Source of the DNA: Thermoplasmatota archaeon
GTDB lineage: Archaea > Thermoplasmatota > Thermoplasmata > UBA10834
NCBI GenBank assembly: GCA_018814355.1
Contig: JAHIZT010000124.1
Coordinates: 479-64,478 of the forward strand
DNA: 64,000 bases
Reading direction: 5' to 3'
Numbering within the stretch: position 1 is the stretch's first letter; each line of letters starts with the position of its first letter. Positions 27,935 through 36,403 of the stretch are shown piece by piece. Below the pieces are notes generated by a model. That model was not told the origin of the DNA. It searched no databases and worked only from the letters and a program-made list of their open reading frames with translations. Both the position numbers and the translations under genes were made by a program.

Positions 27935-28642
27935 ATGGCAGAAGAGGCGACAAAGGCTCCGTCTAAGAAGGAGCGCAAGACTAAGGCACCGGAGGCGCCC
28001 GTTGCACCTGCGCCAGAGGCAGAAGCCCCTGAGGCGAAGAAGGGCGGCAGCACTAGGAACATGTATCATTTCATGGGCGAGGCCTGGAAGGACCCGTCCA
28101 GCGATGCGATGAAGCGGCTGATGTGGCAGAGGCTCGTAGACTGGAGGAAGGAAGGCACCTTCGTCCGGGTCGACAAGCCACTTAGGCTCGACCGCGCTCG
28201 CACTCTTGGCTACAAGGCGAAGCAGGGCTTCGTCGTCGTTCGGGCAAAGGTCCGGAAGGGCGGCCTCAGAAAGCACAGGATCAAGAAGGGGCGCAGGGCG
28301 AAGAGAATGGGTATCCTGAAGATCACCATGAGGAAGAGCATCCAGAGGATCGCAGAGGAAAGGACCTCGAAGAGGTATCCGAACCTGGAGGTCCTGTCAT
28401 CCTATTGGGTTGGTGAGGACGGCCGGCACAAGTGGTACGAGATCATACTTGTCGATGTGAACCACCCGGTCATCAAGGCCGACCCGAAGCTGAACTGGAT
28501 CTGCTCGAGCAAGCACTCGAACAGGGCCAACAGGGGTCTGACTCCTGCCGGCAAGAAAGGCAGAGGGCTTGTGAGGACGAGGGGCATGGGCGTCGAGAAG
28601 AACAGGCCATCGTTGAGGGCTCACAACAGACAGGGCACCTAG
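27935..28642 (+). CDS. rpl15e: Ribosomal protein L15e with an unusual ~42-aa K/A/P/E-rich N-terminal extension. An alternative start at 28061 (MYHFMGEAWKDP) is possible.
   Basis: The core MYHFMGEAWKDP...RLVDWRKEG...GYKAKQGFVVVRAKVRKGG...YWVGEDGRHKWYEIILVD is typical L15e. Confidence 0.85.
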   Translation: MAEEATKAPSKKERKTKAPEAPVAPAPEAEAPEAKKGGSTRNMYHFMGEAWKDPSSDAMKRLMWQRLVDWRKEGTFVRVDKPLRLDRARTLGYKAKQGFVVVRAKVRKGGLRKHRIKKGRRAKRMGILKITMRKSIQRIAEERTSKRYPNLEVLSSYWVGEDGRHKWYEIILVDVNHPVIKADPKLNWICSSKHSNRANRGLTPAGKKGRGLVRTRGMGVEKNRPSLRAHNRQGT

Positions 28643-29553
28643 CCGCGTATCTTGTCCAGCAAACCACTTACTTCCTTTTCACTCATGCCTACCAGAGGGT
28701 AGAAGACCGGGAGCTCGCCCTTGGGCGCGCCGCGCTTCTCGATATCATCCAATCGCCAAGCGAACGCGATGCCGATGCACCCGTTTGCCCTTGCGAGGGA
28801 GAACAGGTCATCCTCCGGTTCCACGATCTTGAGATGAGGGTACCACTTCCTCAACGGCTCCAGCAATGATTCGGTCCTTGTTGCGACAAGCGCGCTGCTG
28901 CCGCGCTTCATCATCAGCCAAGTCGATGCGAGGCCATTCTCAGAATCAACGGCGGAAAGCACCCTTCCCTGACTTCCCAGAGGCATTCCACCAGGGCCTG
29001 GCAGCACCGAACTGAACAAGTATGCGTTCCTGTCCCTGACCTCGACGAAGATCTCAACATCCGGCTCGTCCAGTCCGACTTTGATCCCGAGGCCTTCATG
29101 TTCCCTCAGGACCGCCTCGCCGAGATGCTCCGCCAGCGACTGGCTGGTGTAGCTGTGGTTGCCAGACCTTCTCGATCTGATGGCGAACGCCGCGCCCTTG
29201 AACATCAGAGGTCTCGAAAACTCCACAACCGACTTCGTCAGTGATTCCATGTCGCTTGGAGCCCTCTCGACCGGGCTGAATGAAACGATGCCAAAGGTCC
29301 TGGAGAGTATCTCGCACGACTTCCTCCAGTCGTCAGAGTCCACGAACAGCCTCCCTCTTGTCTGAGAGATCACGCAGGCAGTGTTGGCGAGCACATGCCT
29401 CTTCCTGATGTCGTCCAAGAGCTGATGTTCGAACCTCCTCCGCACAGACTCGCTCTTGAGACCGATCTCGCCGTACCTTACGAGCAGCGTTGGCATCGGC
29501 TCTGCCATGCCCATCTCCTCCATTAAATGTTTCACAGGAGGGCGTAGCGTCAT
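28639..29553 (-). CDS. ThiI-like THUMP-domain protein with a degenerate PP-loop (SAVDS in place of SGGxDS) and a shortened ATPase domain
   Basis: Segments LLVRYGEIGLKS (ferredoxin-like/THUMP start), RTFGIVSFSPV and GMPLGSQGRVLSAVDSENGLASTWLMMKRG align with the ThiI pre-PP-loop region. The C-terminal ELPVFYPLVGMSEKEV matches the ThiI RPL.G.dK.E motif. Only ~300 aa, versus ~380 or more for ThiI. Confidence 0.65.
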   Translation of the reverse strand: MTLRPPVKHLMEEMGMAEPMPTLLVRYGEIGLKSESVRRRFEHQLLDDIRKRHVLANTACVISQTRGRLFVDSDDWRKSCEILSRTFGIVSFSPVERAPSDMESLTKSVVEFSRPLMFKGAAFAIRSRRSGNHSYTSQSLAEHLGEAVLREHEGLGIKVGLDEPDVEIFVEVRDRNAYLFSSVLPGPGGMPLGSQGRVLSAVDSENGLASTWLMMKRGSSALVATRTESLLEPLRKWYPHLKIVEPEDDLFSLARANGCIGIAFAWRLDDIEKRGAPKGELPVFYPLVGMSEKEVSGLLDKIRG

Positions 29554-29611
29554 GCAAAGTCTAAATTAGGTGTTCGGCATTCGGTAATTCTAGAAACCCA
29601 AGAGGGGTAAA

Positions 29612-30970
29612 TTGAACACAAATCGAAAGACAAAGGTTTCTTTGAAAAGAGTGTGTGAGCCCCCCGGACCAAAGGCAAAAGCTTGGGTGAAGCGCGACAA
29701 CGCGGTTCTGTCTCCGTACAACCGGCCCTACTACTACCCGATGGTGGTCGAGAAGGGCCACGGCTGCATAGTCGAGGACGTGGACGGGAACGAGTATATC
29801 GACTTCAACAGCGGGCTCGGGGCGATGAATGTAGGGCACTGCCACCCGGAGGTGGTCAAGGCCATATGCGAGCAGTCGAAGCGTCTGCTGCACTATTCGT
29901 ACACGGATTTCTACTACCGGTACGCAGTAGAGCTGGGCGAGAAACTCAACAAGATCACGCCCGGCAGCTTCCAGAAGAAGGTCTTCCTGAGCGGAAGCGG
30001 TGCCGAGAGCATCGAGGCGTTCGCGAAGGTCGCCAGATGGCATAGCAAGAGGCCGATGTTCCTCGCCTTTACGGGCGGGTTCCACGGGAGATCGATGGGC
30101 GCTCTGAGCTTCACGGCAAGCTCCATCGGTCAGAAGGCCAGGTACTTCCCGACTATGCCGGGCGTGGAGCATGTGCCGTATGCGTATTGCTACAGGTGCC
30201 CATACAAGATGACCTTCCCCGAGTGCGACTATTGGTGCGTGGATTTCATCGATGATTGGGTTCTGAAGAAGTTCCTGCCGCCTCAGGAGGTCGCCGCATC
30301 CTTGATCGAACCCATACAGGGCGAGGGCGGATACATCGTCCCGCCGAAGGATTACCACAGACGACTGAAGAAGCTCATGGACAAGTACGGCATCCTCTAC
30401 GCCGTGGACGAGGTCCAGTCAGGCATGGGCAGGACCGGCAAGTGGTGCGCAATTGAGCACTTCGGAGTCATACCCGACATAGTCTGCATGTCCAAGGCGC
30501 TCGGAGGAGGCATATCTCTGGGCGCGACGATAGGGCGCGCGGAGATCTATGATTGGTCCGCTGGCTCGCACTGCACGACGCTGGGCGGAACCCCAGTGGC
30601 ATGTGAGGCCTCCCTAGCCACGATGCGCGTGATCGAGAAGGAGAAGCTCCGCGAGAACGCGACGAAGCAGGGTGAATATGTGCTCAAGCGGCTCCGGGAA
30701 TGGGTCGACAAGTACGAGATCGTCGGCGATGTCAGAGGCAAAGGCCTCATGATAGGCGTTGAGATCATCAAGGATAAGAAGTCCAAGGAGAAGGACGGAG
30801 ACGCTGCCCACGACATCATACACCACGCCTGGAAGAAGGGCGTGGTCGCGATAGGCGCTGGTGAGAACTGCTTCAGGATCGCGCCTCCGCTGGTCATCAC
30901 GAGAGACCTCTTGGACGCCGGCCTCGACGCGCTCGAGGAGTCCATCAAGGAGGTAATGAAGGCCAAGTGA
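29612..30970 (+). CDS. Class-III PLP-dependent aminotransferase (GABA/ornithine/acetylornithine aminotransferase family), paralog 1
   Basis: Segments DVDGNEYIDFNSGLGAMNVGHCHPEV, LSGSGAESIE, DEVQSGMGRTGK (PLP Lys region) and GGGISLGA. Carries a Cys4 insertion YAYCYRCPYKMTFPECDYWC. Confidence 0.85.
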   Translation: MNTNRKTKVSLKRVCEPPGPKAKAWVKRDNAVLSPYNRPYYYPMVVEKGHGCIVEDVDGNEYIDFNSGLGAMNVGHCHPEVVKAICEQSKRLLHYSYTDFYYRYAVELGEKLNKITPGSFQKKVFLSGSGAESIEAFAKVARWHSKRPMFLAFTGGFHGRSMGALSFTASSIGQKARYFPTMPGVEHVPYAYCYRCPYKMTFPECDYWCVDFIDDWVLKKFLPPQEVAASLIEPIQGEGGYIVPPKDYHRRLKKLMDKYGILYAVDEVQSGMGRTGKWCAIEHFGVIPDIVCMSKALGGGISLGATIGRAEIYDWSAGSHCTTLGGTPVACEASLATMRVIEKEKLRENATKQGEYVLKRLREWVDKYEIVGDVRGKGLMIGVEIIKDKKSKEKDGDAAHDIIHHAWKKGVVAIGAGENCFRIAPPLVITRDLLDAGLDALEESIKEVMKAK

Positions 30971-31043
30971 TCAGGCCGTTCACGGGACGGCTCTGGCAAA
31001 ACCTTTTCATTGTCATTTGTTCCGAGGTTTGGAGGGAGATAAC

Positions 31044-32402
31044 ATGGTGAAATCATACAAGCTGAAGGGTCCCAAGATCGTGGTGGAGCCGCCAGGACCC
31101 AAGTCTAGGAAGGCATTGGCTCGAAAGGAGAAGTACATCACTAACGGCATCAGAATTGGCCTGCCGGCCGAGCTGGACGTGGCTTAGGGGCCGTTCATGA
31201 GAGATGTCGACGGGAACGTCTACCTAGACTTCACCTCCGGTATCGGAGTCCACAACTGCGGGCACAGGCCTGCGGCGATGGTCAAGGCGTGCCAAGACCA
31301 GTTGGACAAGTTCATACACATATGCTTCATGGTCTCTCCGTACGAGAGCTACCTGAGGCTCGCCGAGGAGATGGCGAAGATATGCCCGGGAAACCTGCAG
31401 AAGAGCATATTCCTGAACAGCGGGTCCGAGGCGATTGAGAACGCAGTGAAGATCGCCAGGGCGTACACGAAGAAGAAGTGGATCATGTCGTACAAGACCT
31501 CGTTCCACGGAAGGACTTTCCTGGACATCTCCCTGACTGGCAAGGAGAAGCCGTACAGGGAAGGCTTCGGCCCACTGGTTCCGTACATCCAGCACGTGGA
31601 TTTCGCATACTGCTACAGATGCCCGTTGTGCCTTGAGTACCCATCTTGCACCCTGGCATGTGCCGACACCATCAGGACGGTCATGGAGACGTCCCCGCTC
31701 CAGGGCGATGTGTGTTGCCTGGTCGGAGAACCCATCCAGGGCGAGGGCGGATTCATCAACCCACCGCCGGGCTACTGGGAGAAGATGAGGAAGATCTTCG
31801 ACGACAACGGTGTTGTGTTCATCGACGACGAGGTCCAGACGGGCTTCGGCAGGACTGGCAAGATGTTCGGCATAGAGCACTGGAAGTGCGATCCGGACAT
31901 GCTCATATCCGGTAAGGGCCTGTCACTGGGCATGCCCCTGGGAGGCGTCACGGGCAAGGATGAGATCATGTCCGCACCCGGACCCGCGAGCCTTGGCGGA
32001 ACCTTCGGCGGCAACCCGGTCTGCTGCGCTGGAGCGCTTGAGTCCATCAAGCTGACCAATAAGGCCATGCCCAACACGAAGATGATCAACAAGGTCGAGT
32101 TGAAGCGCCTCAAGGAGTGGAAGCAGGACATAGAGGTCGTGGGCGATGTCCGCGGCCTCGGCGCAATGATTGGTCTTGAACTCGTTAGGACAAAGAAGGG
32201 CAAGGAGCCGGTGCCCGAGCTCACCAGGAACATCCAGCTGAACTGCTTCAAGAAGGGCCTGTATATCTTGACGGCCGGTCAGTTCGGCAATGTCATCAGG
32301 CTGCACCCGCCGTTGGTCATCAAGCAGAACCTTCTCGAGAAGGGCCTGGACATACTCGAGTCAGCTATCAAGGAAGAGGCCAAGAAAGCCGGTATGACGT
32401 AG
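31044..32402 (+). pseudogene. Class-III aminotransferase paralog 2 interrupted by an in-frame TAG at 31185-31187. If translation restarts at the ATG at 31197, a 401-aa product lacking ~50 N-terminal residues would result.
   Basis: Upstream of the TAG, MVKSYKLKGPKIVVEPPGPKSRKALARKEKYITNGIRIGLPAELDVA is homologous to the paralog 1 N-terminus (VCEPPGPKAKAWVKRDN...). It is in the same frame as the downstream 401-aa ORF (153-nt offset). The TAG aligns with a Lys/Arg position (VEKGHG in paralog 1). The gene has its own Cys-rich insertion FAYCYRCPLCLEYPSCTLAC. Confidence 0.6.
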
Positions 32403-32508
32403 AACAGCATATCATTGAAACCCCTTAATCCCATTTTGACTTCTTCTTACGTCAGAATCGCTGCAACCCAGCATATTCTCTCTCGTCAAGTTCGATAATG
32501 GCCACATG

Positions 32509-33165
32509 TCATCTCGTAGGCGGACCTGCTTCCGCCCATCTCTGGATGACTATCGATGAGCAGATGCTCACGATCAGCTCTATCCATCTGATCGTTCGCC
32601 TCGGGGGGAGCTTCCCGGCAATCGGGTTGGACAGTTCGAACCAGCCAATGAGCTCCTTGTTGGGACCGTACATCCAGAAGTCAAGGTAATCTCCCTCGTG
32701 GAAGTCATCTAGTGATTCCCTCACGACCGTCAACTGATATGGACGGTTGAACAGAGTCTTCTCCTCTTCGGGGAGGCCCTCGACTGGGTTCAACTCTGAC
32801 AGTCTTCCCGTCTTGATGTTGGGGTACCTGTCCTGGTTCACCATATCCTCATATGTATACCTCAGTTTCCTGAAACCGTCGATGATGTCCGGCCTGTAGC
32901 CGAGCAGGATTTCGTACTTGTAGATGTCGGATGTCCTGCTTTTCAGGCCGACGCCCACCTCTCTGAAATCGAAGTGTCTGAAGATCAACTTCGCCGCCTG
33001 TTCTAGAACGGCATTGAGGGAGTACCTCTTGTCCATGGCCATCTCGGCCAGTGAGACTATGTTGTCGATGATCTTCTCATCGGCGTCTCTCGGAATAGGG
33101 GAGTAGTTGTCCTCGATGAACGCCCGATGCTTGCGGTCAATCGCATCTCTCTTACCAGGAATCAT
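32509..33165 (-). CDS. Hypothetical protein (218 aa)
   Basis: Long ORF convergent with the aminotransferase pair. Good codon bias, no motif recognised. Confidence 0.45.
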   Translation of the reverse strand: MIPGKRDAIDRKHRAFIEDNYSPIPRDADEKIIDNIVSLAEMAMDKRYSLNAVLEQAAKLIFRHFDFREVGVGLKSRTSDIYKYEILLGYRPDIIDGFRKLRYTYEDMVNQDRYPNIKTGRLSELNPVEGLPEEEKTLFNRPYQLTVVRESLDDFHEGDYLDFWMYGPNKELIGWFELSNPIAGKLPPRRTIRWIELIVSICSSIVIQRWAEAGPPTR

Positions 33166-33364
33166 GGTGCATCACGTTTTCAACGGGCTCTGCCTTGTGA
33201 ATCTGAAGACCCGTATTTTGAACTTGTTGTCGTAGCTTGTCAGAAGGCAGACTGCACCTATGTCGACTGGAGATGCGTCGCGGTGTAGACGGCTCAACCT
33301 AACAAGGAAGGCAACATCTCTATTCTCCCCCCCAGCGTTGCTCTGTCCTCGAGATGACCCGTAA

Positions 33365-33910
33365 ATGAAACCGACTGACGATCTGATGAACGAACACAGA
33401 GTAATCGAGAGGATGCTTGGGATCGTGTCAGTTGCCTGTGACAGAGTGGAGGATGGGCAGGAATTGGAGCGTGAGCTGTTTGTGGGTGCGGTTGACTTCT
33501 TCAAGAACTTCGCAGACAAGTGCCATCACAGCAAGGAGGAGAAGCAGCTTTTTGAGAAGATGCAGGCGAGAGGTGTGTCGGGAGAGGTTGGCCCAATCTC
33601 GGTGATGCTGAGAGAGCACCAGGGCGGAAGGGCACATGTGAAGAAGATAACTGAGCTCTCGGGGCAGAAATTGACAAAGAAGACAATGGATGAATTGACC
33701 AAAGCAAGCAGGTCATACGTCGACCTTCTGTCCAAGCACATCCAGAAGGAGGACAATATCCTCTACCCTCTTGCCAATCAGATACTCACTGAGGAGGACC
33801 AGGAGGAGCTTGAGCGCGGATTCGAGGAGGTAGAGGAGAAGGTCATGGGCCCGGGCGTGCACGAGAAGTACCACCACATGATCGAGGAGTGGGAGAAGAG
33901 GTATCATTGA
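33365..33910 (+). CDS. Hemerythrin-like (HHE cation-binding) domain protein
   Basis: His/Glu spacing typical of hemerythrin-like four-helix bundles (HRVIER..., HHSKEEKQLF, HQGGRAH, HIQKEDNILYP, HEKYHH). Confidence 0.75.
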   Translation: MKPTDDLMNEHRVIERMLGIVSVACDRVEDGQELERELFVGAVDFFKNFADKCHHSKEEKQLFEKMQARGVSGEVGPISVMLREHQGGRAHVKKITELSGQKLTKKTMDELTKASRSYVDLLSKHIQKEDNILYPLANQILTEEDQEELERGFEEVEEKVMGPGVHEKYHHMIEEWEKRYH

Positions 33911-34369
33911 GAGTCTGGCAGTACGGCCATCTCCTCCTCGAAACAGTTCTCAGGAAGCTTTTCGATTTTTCCGTGCGGGATTCGCACCTTGTATTGGCCA
34001 GGCTTGTCTTCTTTTTCGCGGCCTCTGAGAAGTAGACAGCCAGAGATGCGTCTTCACTATCCTCAGCTGAATCGTAGCCGGCAAAGGTCCGACCACAATC
34101 TATATTACAAGGAAGCACATTCGGGCGAACAAGGCCACGATTCACTGACGTATCTGCGGATTTAGGCCAACAAAGCTGAACATCTTCCGAATGGAACGAT
34201 AGAATGAAGAATGGAATGGGGGCAGTGGAGAGATTTCTTATGATTTCATTCCATCCCCTGCACATGCCTGCCATCCGGGTTCAGCATGGGGAAAGTGCAA
34301 GCCTTTTCGAGCAGATGCCAGGTCCTCTGGCCAAGTTACATCGTAGATTAGCGGAGGAGAACGGATAGC

Positions 34370-35851
34370 ATGGCACTCTTGTCTGAAGTGAAGAAAGACT
34401 ACGGAAAACTGAAGAACTACGTGAACGGGGAGTGGATAGACTCTACCTCTGGCAAGTTCATTGACATTGAGAACCCGACCACGGGGGAGATCATAGGCCA
34501 GGTTCCTATGTCCAGCGTCGATGAGACCAAAGCCGCCATCGACGCGGCTGACGAGGCATGGTGGGCGTGGAGAGAGACCCCTCCGATAACGAGGGCCAGG
34601 GTGTTCTTCAAGCTCAAGGAAATAATGGAACAGCATTTCGAGAACATCGCGCGGATAATGGTGCAGGAGCAGGGCAAGACGATCGACGAGGCGCGAGGCG
34701 AGACAAGGCGGACGATCGAAAACGTCGAGACTGCCGCTGGGATTCCATCGCTCATGATGGGATACAGTCTTGAGGATGGCGGAGCTGAGGGCATCGACGA
34801 GGAAGCCGTGACATCTCCTCTGGGCGTCTTCGGAGCAGTATGCCCGTTCAACTTCCCCGCAATGATACCATATTGGTTCTGGCCATACGCTGTTGCCACG
34901 GGCAACACCTATATCATCAAGCCTTCGAGCCAAGTGCCAGTGACCCAGAACTACTTGACAAAGCTGGTCGAGCAGGCGGGGTTCCCACCCGGGGTGCTCA
35001 ACATCGTGAATGGCAGTCATGAGGTATCCGACACGCTCATGGAGCACCCGAAGGTGAAGGGGATATCCTTTGTTGGCTCCACGCCGGTTGCGAAGTACAT
35101 CTACAAGAAGTCGGCTGAGAACGGGAAGAGGGTTCAAGCTCAGGGCGGGGCCAAGAACTCCCTCGTGGTCATGCCGGACGCGGTCCTCGACAGGACTGTT
35201 TCGAACATGCTCGCGTCCTTCTACGGATGCGCTGGCCAGAGATGCCTCGCGGGCTCGAACCTGGTGGCAATAGGCGACGTGGCCGAGCCGCTCCTTAAGA
35301 AGTGGGTTGAGACATCGAAAAAAATGAAGATGGGCTATGGTATGGACGAGAGCGTGAACATGGGGCCGGTAATCTCCGCCAAGGCCAAGAAGAAGGTCAT
35401 CGATTACATCGACGGAGCAGAGGCAGATGGTGCCAAGATCCTGCTGGACGGCAGAAATGCAAAGGTGCCTGGCTACGAGAAGGGCCACTTCGTCGGCCCG
35501 ACGGTCATCGACGATGTCGCACCCGACATGAAGATTGCCCAGGAAGAGATTTTCGGACCGGTCGTGAGCTTCATGAGGATGAAGGACATGGACGAGGCAC
35601 TCGACTTCATTCACTCGAGCCCATTCGGAAACGCCGCATCGATATACACACAGAGCGGCAAGTGGGCCCGCGAGTTCCGATACAGATGTCAGTGCGGGAA
35701 CATCGGCATCAACGTCGGCGTAGTTGCGGCGATGGCCTACTTCCCGTTCGCGGGGTACAAGGGCTCGTTCTATGGGGACCTTCACGGTCAGGGTCAGGAC
35801 GCCATAAAGTTCTTTACGGACAGAAAGGTTGTCATCACTCGGTGGTTCTGA
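34370..35851 (+). CDS. mmsA: CoA-acylating methylmalonate-semialdehyde dehydrogenase (aldehyde dehydrogenase family)
   Basis: 493 aa with the ALDH motifs FVGSTPVAKYIY, the catalytic region CAGQRCLAGS and a C-terminal FPFAGYKGSFYGDLHG...ITRW typical of MmsA. Confidence 0.85.
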   Translation: MALLSEVKKDYGKLKNYVNGEWIDSTSGKFIDIENPTTGEIIGQVPMSSVDETKAAIDAADEAWWAWRETPPITRARVFFKLKEIMEQHFENIARIMVQEQGKTIDEARGETRRTIENVETAAGIPSLMMGYSLEDGGAEGIDEEAVTSPLGVFGAVCPFNFPAMIPYWFWPYAVATGNTYIIKPSSQVPVTQNYLTKLVEQAGFPPGVLNIVNGSHEVSDTLMEHPKVKGISFVGSTPVAKYIYKKSAENGKRVQAQGGAKNSLVVMPDAVLDRTVSNMLASFYGCAGQRCLAGSNLVAIGDVAEPLLKKWVETSKKMKMGYGMDESVNMGPVISAKAKKKVIDYIDGAEADGAKILLDGRNAKVPGYEKGHFVGPTVIDDVAPDMKIAQEEIFGPVVSFMRMKDMDEALDFIHSSPFGNAASIYTQSGKWAREFRYRCQCGNIGINVGVVAAMAYFPFAGYKGSFYGDLHGQGQDAIKFFTDRKVVITRWF

Positions 35852-36300
35852 TGGTTGAGTGTGATTTCCCGGAGTGCAATACGTTCGGTTCGGTGATTAG
35901 GTTCGCTCTCGAGCTGGAGAAAGGCGCCTCAGGAGTATACGAGGACCTGGCCAAGGAACCTCGTGCGGCACCTGCTGCGGAGATGTTCAACGCCCTTGCA
36001 GCAGCCCATAAGAAGCGGGGGGAATTGCTTGAGTTCACGAGGCAGCAGAAGCTCAACGAGATGATTCTCGAACCCATCCAGGACTTGAATGGCAAGGACT
36101 ACCTGATTGATACAAGGACACCGAAGGGCGTCGATGTCAAGACCGCGGCGAAGTTCGCGGGGAAGATCGAGGAGACTTCAGCCAGGTTCTACCTCGATGC
36201 CGCCAAGATCGCGAAGATGCTCATGGCCGAGGCCGCAAGGGTCATGGACAAGCTAGGAAAGGAGAGTCAGGCGAACAAAGCCAAGCTGGATGCGCTCTGA
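35851..36300 (+). CDS. Hypothetical helical protein (149 aa) whose start overlaps the mmsA stop (TGATG). Probably co-transcribed.
   Basis: The in-frame ATG at 35851 begins MVECDFPECNTFGSVIRFALELEKG. No family recognised. Confidence 0.45.
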   Translation: MVECDFPECNTFGSVIRFALELEKGASGVYEDLAKEPRAAPAAEMFNALAAAHKKRGELLEFTRQQKLNEMILEPIQDLNGKDYLIDTRTPKGVDVKTAAKFAGKIEETSARFYLDAAKIAKMLMAEAARVMDKLGKESQANKAKLDAL

Positions 36301-36403
36301 GACCGGACCTTTGAAAACCTCTTCCTCCAACCCATTTCTTCGTTTTTCCGAGCGTCGTGAATCTGTCCATGCCGATCGATGGTCCTTTCGGTGGATTCTC
36401 TAA

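Noticed and set aside
31185-31187. Pyrrolysine (UAG) decoding as the explanation for the in-frame TAG in the aminotransferase, given the MtmB/MttB homologues nearby
   Set aside because: TAG is used as an ordinary stop by about nine confidently called genes in this window (purN, GGR, DUF835, pus10, rpl15e, DDAH-like, MtmB-like, and others). None of the three methyltransferase homologues carries TAG at the Pyl site. Pyl-decoding genomes strongly avoid TAG stops.
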